A DNA stretch of 64,000 nt, taken from contig CAYPGJ010000005.1 of the NCBI GenBank assembly GCA_964410465.1, forward strand, positions 17,275-81,274, written 5' to 3'. The stretch's first letter is position 1, and the number at the start of each line of letters is the position of its first letter. Positions 8,189 to 18,473 of the stretch are shown here, piece by piece. The DNA is from an uncultured Phycisphaeraceae bacterium (GTDB lineage Bacteria > Planctomycetota > Phycisphaerae > Phycisphaerales > UBA1924). The notes beneath the pieces are model-generated. The model was not told where the DNA came from and searched no databases. It was given only the letters and a program-made list of their open reading frames with translations. The translations under genes were made by a program, and so were the position numbers.

Positions 8189-10843
8189 GTGCCGGAGCCG
8201 CGGGCGATCGACGAGGGCGTGCGAGCGGGCGAGACCACGCGTGATGCGCCGTCGCCGCCTGGGGAGCGGCGCGTGCGTGTGTGGCGCGTGGCCCGTGCGA
8301 GCGTCCCGATCGTCGTGCCGGTGATCGTCGTGTGGGCGGTGTGGCGGAGCATCGGCGGGATCGACTTCCGGGAAACACGCCGCATCCTGGAGAACGCGCA
8401 GGGCGCGTGGCTCGGGTGGTCGGTGCTCGCGGCGTTTTGTGCGGTCGTCAGCATGGGGGCCTACGACGCGTTTGCGTTCCCCGACAAGCCCGGGCTGTCA
8501 CGCGGCGCGCGCTGGCGCATCGGGTCCGTCGTCTTTGCCTGGACCAACTTCCTGACGCTCGGGCCGTTCGGCGGGCCGGCCCTGCGGCTGTTCCTGTACC
8601 GGCGGTCCGGGATGTCCACGGAGGACGTGCTTCGCGGGGTCGCGCTCATCCTCGTTTCTTCGGCGTGCGCCCTGGTGGGCTGGGTGACTGCGTCGAGTCT
8701 CCCGCTCGGCGACACTCGCCTGGACGTGGTCGCGCGGATCGTGCTGGCCGCGCTGCTGAGCCCGGCGCTGGCGGAGGTGGCGGGACGTCTGGCCGGGCTG
8801 ATCATGCCGCGACGGTGGACGGCGCCGCCGCGGTGGGTGATGGCGCGCCTGGGTTGCGTGAGCGTGGTGGAGTGGGGGTTTTCGGCGGTGACGTTCGCGC
8901 TTGCCGGGCGCGCGGTGGGCGTGATGGCGCCGCTGGCGGAGAGCGCGCGGGCGATGCTGCTTGGGCAGGCGGTGGGTCTGATCAGCATGACGCCGGGCGG
9001 GCTTGGGAGCGCGGACGCGGTGTGGGTGTCGTTGCTGTCGCACGCGGGGGTCAGCGAGGAGGTTGCGGCGGCGCAAGCCGTGGCGTTCCGGCTGACGTTC
9101 TATCTGGCGCCGTGGGCGGGGTCGTTGCTCGCGCTGTACGCCATGTTCACGCGCGGACGGGGGCGCGCGGCGGAGTGGCAGCGGCGGATCGTCGCGGGCG
9201 CGGTGGGGCTCAACGCGGCGATCCTTCTGCTGAGCGCGGCGACGCCGGCGGTGCGCGGCCGGCTCGAGCGGGTGGCGGACTGGACCCCGGTGGGGGTGAT
9301 CGAGGCGTCACACCTCGCGGCCGCGGGCGCCGCGATGGTGATGCTCTTCCTGGTGCGCGGGCTGCTGCGCGGATATCGCTCGGCGATGCTGATCACGGGG
9401 GTTGCGCTCGGGGCGTCGGCGCTCGCGCACGTGTTCAAGGGTGGCGACTACGAGGAGGCGATCGCATCGGCGGTGTTGCTGGTGCTCGTGTTCGGCGCAC
9501 GGTCGGCGTTCCGCAAGACGGGGCGCGTGCCGGTGGGGTGGGAGCTGACGCTGGCGGTGGGTGTTGGCGCGATCGCGGCCTACCTCATCGTGGGCCTGGC
9601 CTCGCTGCAGCGTCTTCCGACGGATCCGTCACGCTGGCTGCACGTGGCGCCGCTGGCGCAGGGGGCGCGGTTCGTTCGCGCGGCGTTCGTGCTCGCGCTC
9701 GTGTGCGGGCTGTTCGTGCTGCGCCAGAGCCTCCGCTCGGGCGAACCCAAGCGGCACGCGGGCGGCGGCGAGATCGAGCGGGCGAGCCGGTTCATCGCGG
9801 CTCACGCGCCGCGCGCGACGCTGCTGAGCGTCGCCAACGCGGACAAGGCCGTGTGGTGGTGGGAGGGCGGCGGGCTCGCGGTGTATCAGACGCAGGGGGA
9901 TCGGATGATCGTGCTCGGAGACCCCGTCGTGGCGCGCCGGGGGGACGAGGGCGTCGCCCTGGGCGCACTGCACGACTATGCCACGAGCGAGGGCGTCGAC
10001 CTGCTGTTCTACCAGGCGAGCGCGCCCTGGCTGGAGCACCTGCACGAGTTTGGCTACTCGTTCTTCAAGCTGGGCGAAGAGGCGGTCGTGCCGCTGCAGG
10101 GATTCACGCTCGAGGGCGGGGCGTGGAAGAACATGCGCAAGGCGGTGCGGAAGGCGGAGAGCGAGGGCGTGCGCATCGAGATCCACGAGCCGTCGCACAC
10201 GCACGCGCTGCTGCGCGCGCTGGGGGACGTGAGCGACGCGTGGCTCGCGGGCAAGGGCGGGAGGGAGATGCAGTTCTCGGCCGGGTATTTCTCGTTCGTG
10301 TACCTGGATCGCTTCCCGCTGGGCGTGGCGCGCGACGGGCAGGGACGCGCGATCGCGTTCGTGAACCTGATGCCGACACGCCCCGGCGGTCCGGTGACCA
10401 TCGACCTCATGCGACGGCGCCCGGACGCGCCGGAGGGGACGATGGAGGCGTTGCTGACCGAGTCGATGCGATGGGCCGCGGAACGCGGCTACCGCGTGTT
10501 CGAGCTGGGCATGGCGCCGCTGGCGGACGTGGGGCAGCAGAAGTCGGCGCGCCTCACGGAGCGGACGGCGCGCCTGATGTACGCGCACGGCGAGCGGGTG
10601 TACGGGTATCGGGGGCTGCGCCTGTTCAAGGAGAAGTTCCACCCGGTGTGGGAGGCGCGATATCTCGCGTATCCGAGGCCTTGGGACTGGGCCGCGGCCG
10701 TGGCGGCGACGACGACGCTCGTGCGCGCCGGTTCGCGCGCGGATCGTCGTCGGATTGCCCTCGCTCGGTCGGGTGGGAGCGGACTGCTCGGTGACGAGGG
10801 AAGCTCGGAAGGATCGGGCGGACCGGGCGGTCCGGGGGCGTAG
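8189..10843 (+). CDS. mprF: Bifunctional lysyl-phosphatidylglycerol flippase/synthetase (MprF family)
   Basis: 884 aa with an N-terminal polytopic flippase-like domain and a C-terminal aminoacyl-PG synthase (DUF2156) domain. The start is a non-ATG codon and the exact start is uncertain. Confidence 0.8.
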   Translation: MPEPRAIDEGVRAGETTRDAPSPPGERRVRVWRVARASVPIVVPVIVVWAVWRSIGGIDFRETRRILENAQGAWLGWSVLAAFCAVVSMGAYDAFAFPDKPGLSRGARWRIGSVVFAWTNFLTLGPFGGPALRLFLYRRSGMSTEDVLRGVALILVSSACALVGWVTASSLPLGDTRLDVVARIVLAALLSPALAEVAGRLAGLIMPRRWTAPPRWVMARLGCVSVVEWGFSAVTFALAGRAVGVMAPLAESARAMLLGQAVGLISMTPGGLGSADAVWVSLLSHAGVSEEVAAAQAVAFRLTFYLAPWAGSLLALYAMFTRGRGRAAEWQRRIVAGAVGLNAAILLLSAATPAVRGRLERVADWTPVGVIEASHLAAAGAAMVMLFLVRGLLRGYRSAMLITGVALGASALAHVFKGGDYEEAIASAVLLVLVFGARSAFRKTGRVPVGWELTLAVGVGAIAAYLIVGLASLQRLPTDPSRWLHVAPLAQGARFVRAAFVLALVCGLFVLRQSLRSGEPKRHAGGGEIERASRFIAAHAPRATLLSVANADKAVWWWEGGGLAVYQTQGDRMIVLGDPVVARRGDEGVALGALHDYATSEGVDLLFYQASAPWLEHLHEFGYSFFKLGEEAVVPLQGFTLEGGAWKNMRKAVRKAESEGVRIEIHEPSHTHALLRALGDVSDAWLAGKGGREMQFSAGYFSFVYLDRFPLGVARDGQGRAIAFVNLMPTRPGGPVTIDLMRRRPDAPEGTMEALLTESMRWAAERGYRVFELGMAPLADVGQQKSARLTERTARLMYAHGERVYGYRGLRLFKEKFHPVWEARYLAYPRPWDWAAAVAATTTLVRAGSRADRRRIALARSGGSGLLGDEGSSEGSGGPGGPGA

Positions 10844-10927
10844 AATGGGGTTTGAGCGTGAGCCATCACGGCGGCCCTGCGGCAACGACGCCGAGCCTGC
10901 CGTGCCGGCCTAGACGGAGTTTCTCCC

Positions 10928-12136
10928 ATGACGACCTTCGCCCCGGGCAGCAAGCCCTCCACCGCCTCGCAGTCCTCCACCGACCCGCTGCATCTGATCG
11001 ACGTCGATCACGTGCGGTTCCACGTGGGCAACGCCAAGCAGGCCGCGTTCTTTTACGCGAACTGCTTCGGGTTCCAGATCGACCAGGTGGCGGACCTGAC
11101 GACGGGCTCGCGCGACGCGGCCCACTACCTGCTGACGCAGGGGAACATCCGCATCCTGCTGACCACGGGGCTCACCGTCGAGCATCCCGCGTGCATCGAG
11201 TCGGCCCTGTACGGGGACGGGGTCAAGGACGTGGCGTTCACGGTGTTCGATGCGCAGAAGGCGTACGAGCGCGCAATCCGCAACGGCGCGCAGAGCGCGT
11301 ACGAGCCGCGGACCGTGTCGGACGAGACGGGGTCGATCACCACGGCTGGCATCCGGACGTACGGGCGCGTGATCCACTCGTTCGTGTCGCGCTCGGGCGG
11401 CTATGACCTGACGAAGGTGAAGCAGGGCGGGCTGTTCGCGCCGAAGTTCCGGAGCGTCGGCGAGCTGAGCGTGAACGCGTACAACAAGCAGCACCCGTGC
11501 GGGCTCAAGTACGTGGATCACCTCGTGGGCAACGTCGAGCTGGGCAAGATGAACCACTGGGTCCGCTGGTACGAGAACGTGCTCGAGTTCAAGCTCTTCA
11601 AGCACTTCGACGACAAGGACATCTCGACGGAATACTCGGCGCTGATGTCGAAGGTGATGGCGTCGGGCTCGGGGCTCATCAAGATGCCGATCAACGAGCC
11701 GGCCGAGGGCAAGAAGAAGAGCCAGATCGAGGAGTATCTCGACTGGCACCACAACACGCCCGGCGTGCAGCACCTCGCGCTCCGCACCGACGACGAGCTG
11801 CACTCGATCAACGAGCTGCGCCGGCGCGGCGTCGATTTCCTCTCGATCCCCGACGCCTACTACCAGCAGGTCTGGGAGCGCGTGAACAAGATGCTCACCG
11901 AGCACGGCCACTCGCCCGTGAAGGAGGACCACGCCAAGGTCAAGGACCTGGGCATCCTCGTGGACGCGGACGATGAGGGCTATCTGCTCCAGCTGTTCAC
12001 CAAGCCGCTGCAGGACCGCCCGACGCTGTTCTTCGAGATCATCTGCCGCAGGGGCAGCCAGTCCTTCGGCAAGGGCAACTTCAAGGCGCTGTTCGAGTCG
12101 CTGGAGATGGAGCAGGAGAAGCGGGGGAATCTGTAA
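10928..12136 (+). CDS. hppD: 4-hydroxyphenylpyruvate dioxygenase
   Basis: 402 aa with two VOC/glyoxalase-fold halves and the C-terminal GNFKALFESLEMEQ motif typical of HPPD. Confidence 0.9.
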   Translation: MTTFAPGSKPSTASQSSTDPLHLIDVDHVRFHVGNAKQAAFFYANCFGFQIDQVADLTTGSRDAAHYLLTQGNIRILLTTGLTVEHPACIESALYGDGVKDVAFTVFDAQKAYERAIRNGAQSAYEPRTVSDETGSITTAGIRTYGRVIHSFVSRSGGYDLTKVKQGGLFAPKFRSVGELSVNAYNKQHPCGLKYVDHLVGNVELGKMNHWVRWYENVLEFKLFKHFDDKDISTEYSALMSKVMASGSGLIKMPINEPAEGKKKSQIEEYLDWHHNTPGVQHLALRTDDELHSINELRRRGVDFLSIPDAYYQQVWERVNKMLTEHGHSPVKEDHAKVKDLGILVDADDEGYLLQLFTKPLQDRPTLFFEIICRRGSQSFGKGNFKALFESLEMEQEKRGNL

Positions 12137-12150
12137 CGGCGGCTATCGGC

Positions 12151-13062
12151 ATGGCGGGGAATCAGGCTCAATCTTCGGGGCTGTTTGTGCCGACGATTGT
12201 GCCTCGCACCTCCTCGAAACAACAGGCAATCTGGGTTGCAAATCTAATCGCACAGCATCCAGATCTCGATCCGCAGCGATCCCTGAGGTTTTCTGCGATG
12301 AGTCGAGCGATTCTTGAAGGTGACGACGACATCGCCATGCCGGATCACCCTCAGTTTCGAACGATTCTGCAGGCCACGATGGACTTACAGGAACTATGGA
12401 TCATTTGGCATGTGCTTCAGCCGAATCCCACCAACGAGAATCTGTGGAATCGAGTCCGTGCGTTGTTCGGCGGACCGACACTTCTCAAGGACGCTGCAGA
12501 TAAAAGGAAACCGCGAGACACGCAATTCGAGTTGCTGTCACAAGCCATTCTTGAACGCGCAGGCCTCCAGCCAACTCACAATCGCGACAATGTCGATTTT
12601 GTTTGCCAACTCGGAAATCGGCGGTTTGTGGTGGAGGCCAAGCGGCTTACCAAGGCTAGTCGTCTCGATGATCGCGCACGGGATGCGGCATCACAGATAT
12701 CCAACAGCGGCCATCCTGGCTTCATCTTTCTTGATTACAGCGAGCCAGCGAACCCGAGGCATGATCTGCTCGCGTTTGATGTGGCTCCATCAGATGAGCA
12801 GGTGACGGAGGCTCGCAACAATCGATTCAATTACTTTTGGCACCACAACGGCGATTACGTCCGTCGTCGATGCAATGGCAAGGGCGTACTTGGATTCGTC
12901 CTATTTGACCATCTAATTTCCCAAGCTGGTCTGCGACAAGATGACCATTGCGGAATTTGGCAGCTTTGGATCACCAGAGATCACAAGATCCTCGGTGATT
13001 CAAGTCTCGCAGAAGATGTTTTTCAGCTGCTGAAGAACATTGGCCTGCCGCAAGTCATGTAG
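12151..13062 (+). CDS. Hypothetical protein with PD-(D/E)xK nuclease-like motif (lower-G+C single-gene island)
   Basis: 303 aa. NVDFVCQLGNRRFVVEAKRL fits D-x(n)-E-x-K. Codon usage is visibly more A/T-rich than in the neighbours. Confidence 0.5.
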   Translation: MAGNQAQSSGLFVPTIVPRTSSKQQAIWVANLIAQHPDLDPQRSLRFSAMSRAILEGDDDIAMPDHPQFRTILQATMDLQELWIIWHVLQPNPTNENLWNRVRALFGGPTLLKDAADKRKPRDTQFELLSQAILERAGLQPTHNRDNVDFVCQLGNRRFVVEAKRLTKASRLDDRARDAASQISNSGHPGFIFLDYSEPANPRHDLLAFDVAPSDEQVTEARNNRFNYFWHHNGDYVRRRCNGKGVLGFVLFDHLISQAGLRQDDHCGIWQLWITRDHKILGDSSLAEDVFQLLKNIGLPQVM

Positions 13063-13119
13063 TGACTGCAATCCGCATCATTTCTACTTCGGATGGTGAC
13101 CACTCGTACTCCTAACATC

Positions 13120-13731
13120 TCAGCGAGCTTGCTCCAGCGCCAGCAGCCTCTCCTTCCTCCACAACCCTCCCCCGTACCCGCCCAGCGCGCCGCCCTTGCG
13201 GATGACGCGATGGCAGGGAATCACGATCGCGATGCGGTTGCGCCCGTTTGCAAGACCCACGGCCCGCACTGCCCCCCGCACGCTCAACGCCACCGCGATG
13301 TCCTCATACGAACGGGTCTCCCCGTAGGGGATCGCGAGGAGCTGGTCCCAGACCATGCGGTCCCAGGCGGTGCCGCGGATCGCGAGCGGGACGTCGAAGC
13401 GCGTGCGCTTCCCGTCGAAGTACTCGCGGAGTTCCGTCTCGGCCTGCGCAAGGTGCGCACGGGCGCGCTCACATTCCGCGTCGCGCGGCGCGCCCTCTTC
13501 GCCCACTGGCTCGCTGCCGAAGAAGCGCCGCAGGTCAGCGCGCTCACGCGGCAGGTTCGGGCGGTCGTGGAACTCAAGAAGGCAGAGCCCCTCCCCCACC
13601 GCCGCGGCGATCATGGGGCCGAGCGGAGTCTCGAACTCCCGCAGCAGCACGGGGACGGGTGATTGGACGACGACGGGCTTGGGAGTGGCGACAACCATGC
13701 CCGAACGATACCCAAACACAGGCTTCGGCAC
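13120..13731 (-). CDS. ogt: Methylated-DNA--protein-cysteine methyltransferase
   Basis: Has the active-site IPCHRV motif and a C-terminal GGYGGGL...K..LL motif. The start codon is uncertain, and an internal Met is possible. Confidence 0.85.
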   Translation of the reverse strand: MPKPVFGYRSGMVVATPKPVVVQSPVPVLLREFETPLGPMIAAAVGEGLCLLEFHDRPNLPRERADLRRFFGSEPVGEEGAPRDAECERARAHLAQAETELREYFDGKRTRFDVPLAIRGTAWDRMVWDQLLAIPYGETRSYEDIAVALSVRGAVRAVGLANGRNRIAIVIPCHRVIRKGGALGGYGGGLWRKERLLALEQAR

Positions 13732-13824
13732 AAGCGAAAAAAGCTCCCGGATGCCTGCGCCGCCCCCGGGCGGGGCTGGGGCATTCGGGAGCCGAGCGAT
13801 GCCACGCGCCAGGCCCGGGACGGA

Positions 13825-14205
13825 TCACGCGCGCTTGCGTTTGCGCTTCTTGCCGGCGTCCTCGCGTTTCTCGCACGCTCGTTTGCCGAACGCGACTCGC
13901 CCGTACTCCTCCGGCACGCGGACGAGGGAGGCGCGCCGGACGTCGAGCTGACGCTTCATCCCGCAGTCGAACTCGACGAGGACGAACGGCAGGCACACGG
14001 CGAGCACGCGCAGCGGGCCGGTGGCCCACTGCGGGATGCTGACGTACGTAGTGACGCGCGGCGGCGTGAGCGGCGTCTCGCACGAGGTGAGGAACGGGAC
14101 GGACTCGTCGATGTCGTGCAGGATGTTGATGAAGATGCCGGGCGCGAGGTCCTCGGGCGCGATGACGCGCGCGAGCGAGATCTGCTTGGTGGTCGTGGTG
14201 GGCAT
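13825..14205 (-). CDS. Hypothetical protein with basic C-terminal tail
   Basis: 126 aa with strong third-position G/C bias in this frame. No family recognised. Confidence 0.5.
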   Translation of the reverse strand: MPTTTTKQISLARVIAPEDLAPGIFINILHDIDESVPFLTSCETPLTPPRVTTYVSIPQWATGPLRVLAVCLPFVLVEFDCGMKRQLDVRRASLVRVPEEYGRVAFGKRACEKREDAGKKRKRKRA

Positions 14206-14487
14206 GGGACAACTCCTCCCGCGCGGGGGGCGTGCGTGCGCACGGGCCGCGCGATGGAACAGCGTGCGTTCGGACGAACGAGGTCGGATGTGGGATTGAG
14301 GTTGCGGGCGCGGCCCGATCAGGCGTCGCGCATGACGCGTCCGAGCCTTCTCGGCTCAAGGGACGATCGACGGGATGTTCTGCATACGTGGCGCATGGGA
14401 ACGTCCTTGGTGGGGCGGGATTGTGGCGGGAGAACGCGCGATGTCAAGCGTTGATTGCGAAGATTCGCAATGAAGTTTGTGCGCGCG

Positions 14488-15798
14488 TCACTGCCCCAGA
14501 GCACGGAGCACGACGGTGGCGTAGGCGCCGCGGGGCAGATCGAAGGAGAGGGTGCGTTTGAGTTTCTGGGGCGCGCCCTTCCTGGATGGCGGCGCGAGAT
14601 CGTCCGCTTCCATGGGAGAGAGCGTGTAGTTGGTGGCGCGGACGAAGAGCGGGCGGAGCGCTTCGCCGTAGAAGGGGCGGCGGAGGCGCGGGATACGGAG
14701 GCCTTTGAGCGTGAGGCCCTCCTGCGCGAGCACGTCGTCGGCTTCAGCGGCCCAGAGCGGGTCAGGCCTGGTCGAGGGCGCGAGGGTGGCGAGCTCGAGG
14801 CCGCGCCACTGCGGGCTCACCACGGAGGCGGGCGGGAAGAGCATCTGGCCGAAGAGACCTTCGGTGATGAGGAGCGCGGGCTTGGGCGCCGGGACGAGGC
14901 GTGTGGAGCCGTCGCGCGCCTTCTTCTCGACCGGGGGGAGTTCGATGTGCTCGCCCTCGCGGACGATGCGCTCGGCGAGCCGGCGCGCGATCTCGTTCCA
15001 GAGGTGCGACTGGTGCGCCTCGACGCACATCGCCTGCAGGAAGTACGGCAGCTCGCCGAACGCCTCGTCGAATGACGCACCCGCGGCCAGCGCCTCGATC
15101 GGCTTGCGCTCGGGGACCTTCGGCAGCGCGCGTACAAGGTCCGCCCACCTCCCCCACTGCTCCGCGGCCAGACGCGTGAACGCTCGCGTCTTCCCGCCGT
15201 CCTTGCGGCTGGGCGTGGCGATGGCGAGCTTGAGGGCGCCCTCGAAGTCACCGGCGAGGAGCCGGGTGGCGACCCAGCCCTGGCCGTGACGAGCGGAGCC
15301 GAAGCGTTGATCGCCGAAGTAGTTGACGATGAGGAGTTCGGGCGCGCCGCCGTCGGACGCCGGGGTGAGGAGGCGGGAGCGGCGGGTGATCTCGTCGGAT
15401 GCGTGTCGTGTCAGATCGCGGACGATGAGCGTGAAGCGGTTGCCGGTGATGCACTCGGCAGAGAGGGGCGTTGGGGAATAGCCCAGGAACGCGCCGTCGC
15501 CCTGCCAGCCCGAGAGCGTTTTTGGGGGCTCACGCCGCGCGAGCGCATCGTGGGGGAAGGAGACGTGCTGTGTGGTGTGAGCGTGCTTGTCCTTGAGTCC
15601 GGCGTAGTCGACAAGGCCTGTGCGCACGCCGAGGGCGCGGGCGAAGAAGCCGATGGCCTCGGGCGTGGCGAGGGAGGTCTTGGTGAGTTTGTAGACGGCG
15701 TGGGCTCCGTTTCCCGGCGTCGGCGTGAGCGCGCGCAAAAACTCCTCGCTGAGGAGTTCGTCGACAAGGAAGTCGTGCGGCGTGCGCCGGATGGTCAT
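14488..15798 (-). CDS. truD: tRNA pseudouridine(13) synthase TruD
   Basis: 436 aa with an N-terminal PHDFLVDE and the catalytic AGLKDKHA motif. Confidence 0.85.
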   Translation of the reverse strand: MTIRRTPHDFLVDELLSEEFLRALTPTPGNGAHAVYKLTKTSLATPEAIGFFARALGVRTGLVDYAGLKDKHAHTTQHVSFPHDALARREPPKTLSGWQGDGAFLGYSPTPLSAECITGNRFTLIVRDLTRHASDEITRRSRLLTPASDGGAPELLIVNYFGDQRFGSARHGQGWVATRLLAGDFEGALKLAIATPSRKDGGKTRAFTRLAAEQWGRWADLVRALPKVPERKPIEALAAGASFDEAFGELPYFLQAMCVEAHQSHLWNEIARRLAERIVREGEHIELPPVEKKARDGSTRLVPAPKPALLITEGLFGQMLFPPASVVSPQWRGLELATLAPSTRPDPLWAAEADDVLAQEGLTLKGLRIPRLRRPFYGEALRPLFVRATNYTLSPMEADDLAPPSRKGAPQKLKRTLSFDLPRGAYATVVLRALGQ

Positions 15799-15848
15799 CG
15801 CGGGGCGATGCTAGCGGCGCCTGCTCGTGCGGCGGCGGAAGGACGGGT

Positions 15849-16268
15849 TCAGGCCGCGTGGCGAGACTGGGACGCGCCCTTGAGCATGGCGGAGGCGACG
15901 GCGTCGAGCGCGACGGTCCATGCGTCGCGGATCTGCGGGGTGGCCTTGGCGCCGAGGGCGTTCATGATGGTCTCGACCATGGTGTCGCGGACGACGGGGT
16001 AGTGCTCGGGCTTGGCGCCGTAGCCGACGTGGCGTGCACCCATCTCGGCGAGCGGCTTGGCGAGGGAGTCGAGGGCGTCGGCCTTGGTGACGACGAGCCC
16101 GACGGCGGCAGCGAGATGCTGCTTCTGTGCCTTCATGTCGGGCGGGAACATGGAACGGACGGCGGGGGCCTTGGCAAAGAGTCGGGTGTAGAAGTCGCTG
16201 ATCATCGCGTCCTTGTTGGAGATGTCATTGAAGGACTGGCGGATAAGGGCGATCTGCTGAGGCGTCAT
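15849..16268 (-). CDS. Single-domain globin (sensor/protoglobin-like)
   Basis: The credible part begins at MTPQQIALIRQSF (ATG at 16268-16266). FYTRLF...MF...Q...L and HVGYG with a proximal His fit a globin-coupled-sensor type globin. The upstream 50 codons of the listed ORF are Pro/Arg-rich and non-coding-like. Confidence 0.7.
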   Translation of the reverse strand: MTPQQIALIRQSFNDISNKDAMISDFYTRLFAKAPAVRSMFPPDMKAQKQHLAAAVGLVVTKADALDSLAKPLAEMGARHVGYGAKPEHYPVVRDTMVETIMNALGAKATPQIRDAWTVALDAVASAMLKGASQSRHAA

Positions 16269-16526
16269 GGCCGAGGCTCCTATTCTGGGTGCTGTGAATC
16301 CGGAGAGGAGCATCGGCAAAGCGGGGCGTCCGGATGAGTGTGGGTTGGGGGATGGTCGGGAAGGGGGCGGGGCGGCTCGGAACGGGGTCTCCAGCGGCCC
16401 GGAAGGGGTTCCTTGCATCGATTGGGCGGGCGGCTACACTACGCGGCTCTTCGCAGGGTGGCCGTCCGCCGGTGTGGCGGACCAACCCTTCGAGCGCTCG
16501 ACTTTCAATCTGGTGGCTCCCGACCG

Positions 16527-16901
16527 ATGCCGACGATCAACCAGCTGATCCGCAAGCCCCGCACACCGCAGACCGCCAAGTCGAAGGTGCGCGATCTCGA
16601 CGCCTCGCCGCAGCGCAAGGGCGTCTGCCTCCAGGTGCGCACCGTCACCCCGAAGAAGCCGAACTCGGCGCTTCGGAAGGTGGCGCGTGTTCGCCTGTCG
16701 AACGGCAAGGAAGTGACCGCTTACATCGGCGGCGAGGGCCACAACCTGCAGGAGCACTCGATCGTGCTCGTGCGTGGCGGGCGCGTCCGCGACCTTCCCG
16801 GCGTGCGATACCACATCGTGCGCGGCTCGCTGGACTGCCTGGGGGTCGAGGGCCGCAAGCAGGCGCGCTCGAAGTACGGCGCGAAGAAGGGCAAGGGCTA
16901 A
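16527..16901 (+). CDS. rpsL: 30S ribosomal protein S12
   Basis: Reads [12 protein letters not shown]...[13 protein letters not shown] confirmed at 16527. The listed ORF 16338.. is over-extended. Confidence 0.97.
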   Translation: MPTINQLIRKPRTPQTAKSKVRDLDASPQRKGVCLQVRTVTPKKPNSALRKVARVRLSNGKEVTAYIGGEGHNLQEHSIVLVRGGRVRDLPGVRYHIVRGSLDCLGVEGRKQARSKYGAKKGKG

Positions 16902-17019
16902 ACCACGCGTTCTCGCGGGCGCGGCGCCGTTTCGCCGCGCGATCACATACAAGGCAAGTAATCGTCGTGGGCAGGCCAGCCCGCGACGGTGAACAGCGAC
17001 CCGCGATCGTCGCGGGAGG

Positions 17020-17535
<516 letters not shown>

Positions 17536-17576
17536 TCCGACTCGACGTTCCGCGCTGACGCGCCCACGACGACGAC

Positions 17577-17604
17577 AAAGCCCCGTACGCACGGGGCTTT
17601 TTTC
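17577..17604 (+). terminator. Rho-independent terminator after rpsG
   Basis: Sequence aaag-CCCCGT-acgc-ACGGGG-cttttttcg: a GC hairpin followed by a T-run, ~45 nt after the rpsG stop. Confidence 0.7.
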
Positions 17605-17636
17605 GTATCGCGACCGAACGCGCGCCGCGCGATCGT

Positions 17637-18185
17637 TCAGGACGACGCCCGGGGCCGAACTCGCGATGGCTTCCTCGCCGCCTCGGAGCATGGTTCGCGC
17701 AAGCGCGCCTCGCGCACGAGGCCCACGTAGATCTCGTGGTCGGCGTCGATGTCGAGGTGCCGGTGCACCTCGCAGTCGATCACCAGCGACGCACGCTTCA
17801 GACAGGGCGCCCCGGTCGCCAGCGTCTCGACCTCCATCGTGTCGAAGATGTTGATCGGGGACTCGTCCTCCGACTCGAACCGTCGCAGCAGCGCGGGGTC
17901 GTCTTCCGGGACGCGGCACAGCGCAAAGCTCCGGCTGTCCCGAATCAGCATCTCGATCGGGTGCCCCTTGCGGAGCGCAACGGAGACCAGGAGCGGCTCC
18001 GACGCGGCTCGCTGCACCCATCGCGCAACCACGCCCGCACGCGCGAGCTCATAGGCGGAGGTCATGATGTACGGGGTGCTGGGCGTGCGATCGAGCGCGC
18101 GGCGCACCTGATCAGGGTCGGCGAACGCTGTGAGCTGGGTGTCGCGTGCCGCGCTTGTCGACATCCCTCCTCCATTCCGATCCAT
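17637..18185 (-). CDS. Flavin reductase-like (FMN-binding split-barrel) domain protein
   Basis: 182 aa with general resemblance to the flavin reductase domain family (..VVARWVQRAS.EPLLVSVAL.....). The start may be the internal MSTSAA Met. Confidence 0.5.
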   Translation of the reverse strand: MDRNGGGMSTSAARDTQLTAFADPDQVRRALDRTPSTPYIMTSAYELARAGVVARWVQRAASEPLLVSVALRKGHPIEMLIRDSRSFALCRVPEDDPALLRRFESEDESPINIFDTMEVETLATGAPCLKRASLVIDCEVHRHLDIDADHEIYVGLVREARLREPCSEAARKPSRVRPRASS

Positions 18186-18409
18186 ACGCGCACGGGAGCG
18201 CGCCGGAAGACCTCTCGAAACCGGGGGGAGTGTACTAGCTGAGGAAGAGAAGGGAACCCAGGAAATGCGAGGGTCCGACGAAAAGCGCCGCGATGCTTCG
18301 CTGCTGGTTCAATAGTCGCAAGTTCTTATCGGAACAAGTGTTACGTATTCGTTTCCGAGACGACTCCGCGTAATCCACAGAGATATCCACCGATGTCGTT
18401 GTGTTGCAT

Positions 18410-18436
18410 CGTGGGGCATAGTGGGGTAGATTCCCA
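18410..18436 (+). promoter_or_regulatory. Possible MraZ operator (GTGGGG direct repeats)
   Basis: Sequence GTGGGGcataGTGGGGtagattCCCAC: two direct GTGGGG boxes with 10-nt periodicity plus an inverted CCCAC, ~40 nt upstream of mraZ. E. coli MraZ binds TGGGN repeats with similar spacing. Confidence 0.35.
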
Positions 18437-18473
18437 CGGTTGAACCGCCTCTGCCCTGATGGGAGTTCGATGA

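Noticed and set aside
14455-14470. Perfect palindrome TTGCGAA-GA-TTCGCAA, 18 nt downstream of the truD stop.
   Set aside because: It is too short and isolated to assign as an operator or terminator (there is no T-run on either strand). Noted only.
15849-16418. Full-length listed ORFs for the globin (189 aa) and S12 (16338.., 187 aa), and similar over-extended starts (30019..31056, 30952.., 43258.., 45131.., 45611.., 46513..47766, 48129..49910, 51873.., 52721..53497, 55556..57049, 56706..57062).
   Set aside because: The N-terminal extensions are Pro/Arg/Gly-rich and overlap neighbouring genes or promoters. Internal Met/Val codons coincide with conserved family N-termini or signal peptides, so the shorter coordinates were used.
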